Of a DNA stretch of 55,209 nt, positions 48,869-55,209 are shown one piece after another; position 1 is the first letter of the stretch; every line of letters begins with the position of its first letter. Under the pieces are notes generated by a model. The model saw only the letters and a program-made list of their open reading frames with translations, searched no databases and had not been told where the DNA came from. Source of the stretch: a virus (taxonomy: Duplodnaviria > Caudoviricetes). The translations under genes and the position numbers were made by a program. The DNA is taken from positions 1 to 55,209 of IMG/VR virus record IMGVR_UViG_3300049846_001695; one strand, given 5' to 3'.

Positions 48869-50626
48869 ATGGAACCACTTCAAAAAATGGCGGTAAGAGA
48901 TATTGCTCATGGGGAAAGACTCCCCAACGGAGATTTCTCTTATACAAAGGCCCTACCGGAGCATTTACAGTCAGAATATGATCTAGTTGTGGCTCAGTTT
49001 CAGGGCTCGCGTGGAGCCCAGCTAGGCGATCAAGCATCCTCTCTGGGCGCGTATATATACCATAAAAAAACCAACTCTGAAATCGGAAGAGTAGGCATGG
49101 GATTGGACCGTGGCGAAGGTGAGATAATTTCTGCGTCCGTAGACAAAGACCATACAGGCAAGGGGCTTGGAACCGCAGCGTATGAGGCGTTAATTGCCCA
49201 CGGTCGCAGATTTCATGGATTAAAGAGAGTTGTCGGCAGTTCGCACAGTTCAATGGCCCATGGGACGCATACTAAATTAATGCAAAAACACCCCGAGTGG
49301 GAGGGGTACGAGCCAGTTAAAATTGGCGAAGAAAAAGGACCGTTTGATGATGCTTGGGGTGATTACGAATACACCATTAAGGCAGAGTTAATGAAAAAAG
49401 AGGACTTGAGCAAGGCTCAAGATCCAAAGGGATTCCACGAAATTCTCAAACTATCAACTCCGCTTGGCGACAAATACGTTGACCACAAACCAGACTTGTC
49501 TGCTCACCCACCTAGTATTCATAGCGAAGTACATGCCTATAGAAATGATATTCAGGCAAGCCCCGGCAACTTCAAAAGCAAGAGAGTTCGCGGCGAAGGC
49601 GTTGGCATTTCGCAAAAGAATATTTTTACGCATCCAACTGGCACGAAATTCATGGTTAAACCATACCATGAAAGAGTTATCAAGCGCGTTAAAAATTGGC
49701 AGCAGTTTCCAATTCAGGGCTGGGCAGAAATGACCAACCAATCCCTATACCACTCCGCTGATATCGGGCACTTACATCAAAAGGTTCATGTTTCTGAGCA
49801 TAATATGCAAAGGAATGACTCTACAGATGCTACAAGCTCCAGAAGTTTAGCTACTCGCCAGAATCAACGACGGGGCGGCACAAATGAGCCAGCCCTCGTA
49901 ATCCATATGGAGCCAAATCTTTGGAGCCTTAGTGATGTACTTAGAGGCAAATTTGATTTAAATAGCGAACCAGTTCACAAAGACATTCATGTAGATGATC
50001 TTTTTAACATGCCGGAATATAAAGATCCAAACCTTGAGTGGAGAGGTGACTGGCGCACAACTCCAACTGGTCCCGCTCAGTATTACAAAGCGTTTAGAAA
50101 GCAGACTGTAACTCCTAAAAAGGAAGATCTTCAAAAAATAGCCGTTATGGATTTTTTGAGCAATAATCTAGACAGGCATTACGGCAATCTGATGTTTAGA
50201 GAGGACGGGACTCCATTAGCAATCGACCATTCTCGTAGTTTCCAGTATGCAAATACTCACGAAACCAAGGGTTTTCCACGTCACCATGTTGCTTCACTAC
50301 CAATGGACAAGAAGGTAGATTCTATATCGCATTATATAGAAAAAGCTCCAGCAATGTATCAGGTTTTGTATGGCAAAAACCCATCTACAGAGTGGGAAAA
50401 TACAATTAACAATTGGTGGCCTACGGTATCCAAAAAAGTTGTCCAGACAATGCAGGCACGCCTACAGCAGATCAAAGATCCAAACGTCAGGAAGCACATT
50501 GAAAATAATTTCATGGCTAGAGTTAAGCACTTGGATGAAATGGCTAGTCTAGATGTGAATAATTTTGGACAATTCGATTGGCACGAAACTCCGGTGCCAC
50601 ACTATTCTTTCGGTGAGAATCCATGA
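48869..50626 (+). CDS. GNAT acetyltransferase + PI3/4-kinase/HipA-like fusion
   Basis: HTGKGLGTAAYE; FMVKP, WAE, MDFLSNNLDRHYGN, AIDHS. Confidence 0.8.
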   Translation: MEPLQKMAVRDIAHGERLPNGDFSYTKALPEHLQSEYDLVVAQFQGSRGAQLGDQASSLGAYIYHKKTNSEIGRVGMGLDRGEGEIISASVDKDHTGKGLGTAAYEALIAHGRRFHGLKRVVGSSHSSMAHGTHTKLMQKHPEWEGYEPVKIGEEKGPFDDAWGDYEYTIKAELMKKEDLSKAQDPKGFHEILKLSTPLGDKYVDHKPDLSAHPPSIHSEVHAYRNDIQASPGNFKSKRVRGEGVGISQKNIFTHPTGTKFMVKPYHERVIKRVKNWQQFPIQGWAEMTNQSLYHSADIGHLHQKVHVSEHNMQRNDSTDATSSRSLATRQNQRRGGTNEPALVIHMEPNLWSLSDVLRGKFDLNSEPVHKDIHVDDLFNMPEYKDPNLEWRGDWRTTPTGPAQYYKAFRKQTVTPKKEDLQKIAVMDFLSNNLDRHYGNLMFREDGTPLAIDHSRSFQYANTHETKGFPRHHVASLPMDKKVDSISHYIEKAPAMYQVLYGKNPSTEWENTINNWWPTVSKKVVQTMQARLQQIKDPNVRKHIENNFMARVKHLDEMASLDVNNFGQFDWHETPVPHYSFGENP

Positions 50627-51684
50627 AAATAGAGATTTACAATCATGCCACAGGCCGCAGCGAGCACATGCGCGGTGACGAGCATCAAATTTTGGAATGG
50701 ATATCAAAAACACTTCCTTGGCTAAATGTTCGCAAAGGGGAATTGCTCGATGATGTTCTTGAGGACATAAATCAAAACCAAAATTTTGAAGCAATTGTTT
50801 CTGGAGAAACGGATTTAACAAAGAACGATGGTCGTATTGTTATAGAACCATTCACAGATCTCGACAAGGCTGGTGCAGCATTGGCTCAGAGAGCCCTTCA
50901 AAAGAATTCTATAAAGCCAATTAAGCTCAAGGGCAAGCATACTGCCGGGACTTCTTTGTTTTTGGATGAAATCAACCATATCGTATGGCTACTAAAGCCG
51001 GGTCGCGGCGGGATATCAAAGGCTCGTGGCGTTTCTGAAGAAAATGCATCTGGATCGAGGCGCGAAGTCGCGTTTAACGCAATAGCGTCAAAAATAGGTC
51101 TTTCAAACTTCGTCCCTCAGTCATACCTGTTAGAAGTTTCTGGTGAAGAAGTAGCTATGCTTCAGTTCTTTGCAGATGACTTCGATAATCTAAATCATGT
51201 ACGCAGAGAGCGCACTCCAGATTCCATTTTTCAGCCATATGTAAGCAACGGGGTACTGCACAGAATAGCTTTCCTAGACTACCTTTTAGGACAGACAGAT
51301 CGTCATGCAGGGAACGTTCTCGTAAATAAACATACTGGAGAATTTAAGCTAATTGACGCCGGGTCGGCATTTGCTGGCCCCAGCTTCTCTCCAACAACAG
51401 ATAGTCGCTCATTTATTCCCGTCTATTTGAGGGGGGTGACTTCTAACGAGTTTTCAGTATTAACTCCACAAGAAAGATACCAAAGAATGCCAAAACCCTC
51501 ATTATCGGGGCAGGAAGGCTTAAAAGTCTGGGTGCAAAACTTGCCCGAAGGAGTGATTATCAATCTATTAAATAAATACGGAATAAATCCACAGCCCGTA
51601 ATGGACAGGCTACAAAGGGTAAGGGACTATAGTGGTCCGGTACACGAGTTTTTGAATAAGTTCTGGTCTGGTGTTATTTTATGA
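50623..51684 (+). CDS. PI3/4-kinase/HipA-like kinase
   Basis: WLLKP, RREVA, LDYLLGQTDRHAGN, LIDAG. Confidence 0.8.
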   Translation: MKIEIYNHATGRSEHMRGDEHQILEWISKTLPWLNVRKGELLDDVLEDINQNQNFEAIVSGETDLTKNDGRIVIEPFTDLDKAGAALAQRALQKNSIKPIKLKGKHTAGTSLFLDEINHIVWLLKPGRGGISKARGVSEENASGSRREVAFNAIASKIGLSNFVPQSYLLEVSGEEVAMLQFFADDFDNLNHVRRERTPDSIFQPYVSNGVLHRIAFLDYLLGQTDRHAGNVLVNKHTGEFKLIDAGSAFAGPSFSPTTDSRSFIPVYLRGVTSNEFSVLTPQERYQRMPKPSLSGQEGLKVWVQNLPEGVIINLLNKYGINPQPVMDRLQRVRDYSGPVHEFLNKFWSGVIL

Positions 51685-51986
51685 AGATTTCTAGAGAGCA
51701 GTTAAGAGGCGACCCCAAAAAGATAGGCAAGACCAAGAGCGGAGATGTTTTTCACATCTCTACCAAGGGCGGTTTTAACATAATCATGTTAAAGGGGGAG
51801 AAGGAAACAAAAATGCTAGGTGCCGCCCCGCACATTGCTATTGCAAAGCATATAGCAAAGAAGAATGCCGAGGACTTGGTGTATTTTGAGCTATCGAAGG
51901 CAGATGAGCAAATAGACGTATTTTCACACCTTATTCCAGTTTTCGAACAAGTAACCAGAAGATTGGCGGAACAATTAAATGGCTAA
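51681..51986 (+). CDS. hypothetical protein
   Basis: 101 aa; contains ELSKAD. Confidence 0.7.
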   Translation: MKISREQLRGDPKKIGKTKSGDVFHISTKGGFNIIMLKGEKETKMLGAAPHIAIAKHIAKKNAEDLVYFELSKADEQIDVFSHLIPVFEQVTRRLAEQLNG

Positions 51987-52794
51987 ACCCGGAATTCCAC
52001 TTTCTCTTCCATACGAGAAAATAACATTAGATGACGCGGCCCTGCAATCCTTTATCAAGGACAGCGGACCTGTATTCTTGCATTATAAGGCAATTCCTTG
52101 CCCAATTGGCAAGATAGAGAAAATGTCTATCAGGTCGCCGCACTCAGAGCACAATGAATGCTCTAACGGATTCATCTATGAACTTGCTGGGGAGTTTAAG
52201 GCTCCGTTTACATCGAATGCCGCCCAACTTCAGTTAACTGACTTGGGTATTCTAGACGGTTCTACCGCTATCGTTACCATTCCACAACATTACGATAACA
52301 ACGGTAAGCAAATCTACATAAATACTTACGATAAGCTATATATCAAGGACAATGTTGTTTTAAGTACATTTAGCGAAGAAGTTGAATGTTCAATAACGGG
52401 ATTCGATAAGCTCACCTTCCCTGTAGTTGATGTAGAGTTTTTAATAGATAGCAAAGGAAAGAGATACGAGAAAGACGCCCACTTTAGCGTTGTAAACGGC
52501 GGCATTTCTTGGCTAACAGATGATCGCCCCGGCTTCGATGTTTCGATAAACAAAGGCGTTGTTTATTCTATTAGATACTTGTACGTTCCTTTCTACTATG
52601 TATCAAGACTTCTTCACGAGATCCGAATAATCGCTGTAGCTAATCTAGATGGCAGCCTGACCTACAGGAGAGGCCCGTATCAAATATCTATTGTAAGAGA
52701 GAAGTTCTTCAATAAGAATCAGCCAACAGAAAATGAACCACAGGAGCAGTCTACTGCCGTATCTCCCGGTACGGGCTTGTTTGGGGCGAAGTAA
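51979..52794 (+). CDS. putative neck / head-closure protein
   Basis: AIPCP...HNECSNGF and YSIRY...YYVSRLLHE.R resemble Twort-like neck proteins. Confidence 0.6.
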   Translation: MAKPGIPLSLPYEKITLDDAALQSFIKDSGPVFLHYKAIPCPIGKIEKMSIRSPHSEHNECSNGFIYELAGEFKAPFTSNAAQLQLTDLGILDGSTAIVTIPQHYDNNGKQIYINTYDKLYIKDNVVLSTFSEEVECSITGFDKLTFPVVDVEFLIDSKGKRYEKDAHFSVVNGGISWLTDDRPGFDVSINKGVVYSIRYLYVPFYYVSRLLHEIRIIAVANLDGSLTYRRGPYQISIVREKFFNKNQPTENEPQEQSTAVSPGTGLFGAK

Positions 52795-52797
52795 CGT

Positions 52798-53604
52798 ATG
52801 AAGTGGAAATCTTTCTTAAAAACTGTTCTGGGCGATGTTGGCTTCCAAGCCGTTAACAAGGCCGATCCGGTACTATTACCAGTTCTTGTTCCCCGCTCTA
52901 TTCTCGGCTGGGTTTATAGCGTATCGGAAAAGGGATATGACGGAGAGATACCGGGGATTAACGGGTCTTACATTTCTCTCCACAAAAATGAAAGTGGTTT
53001 AGAGGGAGCAATCACTATAGACAATCATTTGGCTGTATTTGAAAACGCTTCATATTATCATGTTGCGGCATCTATAGGCTCGTCACTAGACGTAGACCTG
53101 CCAGAGATAAACCCCTCGCTAAAGAAGAAGGATTTGACGGATTTTGGGTCAGCAATAGATCTACTAATCAAAACACAGACAATAAACTTGCATAAATCAG
53201 CTACGGCAGGTCGTCCCGGCCCACCGGCAAAGCCTAATGAGGCCCGCCCCCCAGCCGCCCCGGTTAGCCCCAGCCGTCAGATTGCCTACAATCCAGAAGG
53301 CACCCCAGTTAATATCCCAAACGTTACTGGTGGGCAGGGGCGTTCAGAAGAAGTGGCTCAAAAGATAACTCAAAAAAATGAGGAGTCGCAAAAGCTCAAA
53401 GTAACTAAGGACGAGTCGGAAAAGACTTGCCAGTTATGCAAAAAGAAGAGATTTAAAGAAAAACAATTCACCGGCTGCGACTGCCTAAAGGAAATGTCCA
53501 AGCACGTTAAGACAACGACAAATCCAGACGGATTTACGCTGACTTTTGATAGGCCATTATCGCAAGAAACACTAGAATCGCTTATCGATCTATTAAAGGA
53601 CTAA
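52798..53604 (+). CDS. hypothetical protein with C-terminal Cys cluster
   Basis: 268 aa; LHKS before a Pro-rich linker; CQLC...CDC. Confidence 0.7.
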   Translation: MKWKSFLKTVLGDVGFQAVNKADPVLLPVLVPRSILGWVYSVSEKGYDGEIPGINGSYISLHKNESGLEGAITIDNHLAVFENASYYHVAASIGSSLDVDLPEINPSLKKKDLTDFGSAIDLLIKTQTINLHKSATAGRPGPPAKPNEARPPAAPVSPSRQIAYNPEGTPVNIPNVTGGQGRSEEVAQKITQKNEESQKLKVTKDESEKTCQLCKKKRFKEKQFTGCDCLKEMSKHVKTTTNPDGFTLTFDRPLSQETLESLIDLLKD

Positions 53605-53605
53605 A

Positions 53606-53965
53606 ATGCTTTGGAGAGGAAGGAAAATAACCACGACTGATGACAGAGATGTCTTAGATCGTCTTTTTGCTAAGGTTTCTGGCAAGAACGGGAGTGTATC
53701 AAACAAAGAAACTGAAGATGTGGTATATAGCGGTTTTTTGAGGCAAAAGTTATTAGAGGGTGCAGCATTCCATACGGTCGCCGCCACCAAATGTAAAAAA
53801 ACCGACCCGGAAAAGCACTCTATCCACTGTGGAATATTGTCGCTTTATGCCCTAGCCGGGCTGAAGCTTGATTTTACCAAAGCCCAATCTTTAGTGAAGC
53901 CAGATGAAGATTTAAGTAAAAAATTTCATCCAAGCGATACTTTTGTTTTGTCATTAAGGGACTAA
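53606..53965 (+). CDS. hypothetical protein
   Basis: 119-aa ORF packed in the operon. Confidence 0.6.
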   Translation: MLWRGRKITTTDDRDVLDRLFAKVSGKNGSVSNKETEDVVYSGFLRQKLLEGAAFHTVAATKCKKTDPEKHSIHCGILSLYALAGLKLDFTKAQSLVKPDEDLSKKFHPSDTFVLSLRD

Positions 53966-53966
53966 C

Positions 53967-55209
53967 ATGCTATATATTTTTGCAAAAACAATAAATTTCG
54001 AAAATGATTTTGAGTATACCTTAATGTCAAACAATGAGGGGGCTGTAAAGTCCTTCTCAGCCGCCCCTCTTCAATTTGCTCACGAAATGACAAAGTGGGT
54101 AGAAAGCTCTGACAGGGGCAGGGTTATTACCAACCTATTTGGCGTTTTCGGAATGGTGATTAAAGACCCAATGCAGCTAGCCAATGTAAAGCAGCAGCTA
54201 GATAAGTGGGAACGAATAATCCCCATATCTGTTGGCGTAGCACCAAAAATCTTTGAGGCTTATCAGGCAATGGTCTTTGCTGAAGCCCACTCCATTCATT
54301 CGATTGTTTTTTATGATTCGAATGTCGAAGAGTATTTTAACAACAAGATGGAGGACGAGCTTTACAAGTCAGATGATGAAAACAATAACGCCCCGTCTTT
54401 TAGTTTACCGAATATTGAACTGGATGATGAAGAAAATGAAGATCAGCAGAAAACATCGGCAGCTTCTAAAAAGAAGATACTAGAGGTTTTGGTTGAGCTT
54501 AAGGAAAAGGCCCCAGCAATAGCACAATTAAAACAGGTAGACCCATCCGCCCTAAAGACTATAAATAAACTTGTAGAAGCTTTGGGGGCAATGGTTCAGT
54601 CTGGATTGGTAAAATCAGAACCTCTAGAAAAGGCTTGGCCCAAGGACGAAGCTGAAAACAAGGCCAACCGAGAAGGATTTTATACTCAACACCCTGAAAA
54701 AGCCGCTGTTGTAAGCGATATGGTAGAAGAGGGTATTCACGGTACTGAAGATACAACGCAATTAAAACAATTGCCGCGCACTCCCGGTATGCCAACTGAA
54801 GCTTATATTCCCTCGCCTCCCGGTGCAACAGATAGGTTTGAGCCTACAGATGAAGCTATGGCTCGTACTAGAGCCATTAGAAGTCCATTTGAAAGTCGAA
54901 ATACTCAGATAAATATGGAAGAAGCCGGAACGGAATCCGATTCGTTTATCCCGAGTATAGATTTTAATGAAAGTCGATTTGGAAAGCGATATTTCTTTAC
55001 TCCAGACCGTGAACGCCCAAATGGAATGTGGGTAGGTAGCTCAAATAGTGAGTGGACGGGGCATGGTCCGGTAAATGGTGCGTACTTTGACCCGTCTAAG
55101 GGTGAATTTAGTTACTACGAGGGCGATGATTGGACACCAGAAGAACTTAATTTCTTGCATCAACACATTGTAAAACACGCCCCACACCTATTCCCCGGCG
55201 ATCCTATCC
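53967..55209 (+). CDS. partial multidomain protein, N-terminal degenerate GGDEF/mCpol-like region (runs off the window end)
   Basis: Not in the ORF track. ATG at 53967, open to the end: MLYIFAKTINFEND...IPISVGVAPKIFEAYQAMVFAE...ELYKSDD...GLVKSEPLEKAWPK... Confidence 0.75.
   Translation, partial: MLYIFAKTINFENDFEYTLMSNNEGAVKSFSAAPLQFAHEMTKWVESSDRGRVITNLFGVFGMVIKDPMQLANVKQQLDKWERIIPISVGVAPKIFEAYQAMVFAEAHSIHSIVFYDSNVEEYFNNKMEDELYKSDDENNNAPSFSLPNIELDDEENEDQQKTSAASKKKILEVLVELKEKAPAIAQLKQVDPSALKTINKLVEALGAMVQSGLVKSEPLEKAWPKDEAENKANREGFYTQHPEKAAVVSDMVEEGIHGTEDTTQLKQLPRTPGMPTEAYIPSPPGATDRFEPTDEAMARTRAIRSPFESRNTQINMEEAGTESDSFIPSIDFNESRFGKRYFFTPDRERPNGMWVGSSNSEWTGHGPVNGAYFDPSKGEFSYYEGDDWTPEELNFLHQHIVKHAPHLFPGDPI

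Noticed and set aside
50623-51986. Calling the kinases classical HipBA toxin-antitoxin modules
   Set aside because: No HipB-like Xre HTH gene upstream; the context is virion morphogenesis.
19126-54828. Minus-strand and alternate-frame ORFs in the right arm (except 30354..30671), including 54253..54483
   Set aside because: Overlap confident plus-strand genes; 54253..54483 lies out of frame within the open 53967 ORF.
1-55209. CRISPR array, tRNA or rRNA genes
   Set aside because: No spaced direct repeats or cloverleaf signatures seen and intergenic space is minimal; tRNAscan-SE was not run.
1-55209. Stop-codon reassignment
   Set aside because: Genes are full length and tightly packed under the standard code, with no fragmentation at TAG or TGA.

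Overview
This window reads as part of a large tailed-phage genome. It is AT-rich and densely packed with overlapping start/stop codons. I saw no rRNA, tRNA or CRISPR array. The left arm (1-15.7 kb, minus strand) is a replication/nucleotide module: DnaE-type polymerase, metallophosphoesterase, class II ribonucleotide reductase, RuvC-like resolvase, SbcC, GroEL and a Rep-like HTH protein. After a divergent switch at about 15.7 kb almost everything is on the plus strand: P-loop kinase, SF2 helicase, a sigma factor lacking region 4.2, a GroES-like protein, SbcD, an intein-containing terminase, portal, MuF-like protein, prohead protease, scaffold, a Herelleviridae-like major capsid protein, a nucleotide-metabolism island (IMPDH/GMPR, ThyX) and neck genes. 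The most notable feature is a set of enzymatic 'cargo' domains embedded in the head/neck operon: four PI3/4-kinase/HipA-like kinases (one fused to the prohead protease), two GNATs, a lytic transglycosylase-like domain, an R-S-E ADP-ribosyltransferase-like domain, a zincin, a GGDEF and a degenerate cyclase-like domain. Several of these domains are bounded by L-x-K-[A/S/M/G/T] motifs matching the predicted capsid maturation site. I infer a system of protease-processed, virion-packaged effector polyproteins. All calls come from reading motifs by eye; no database searches were run.
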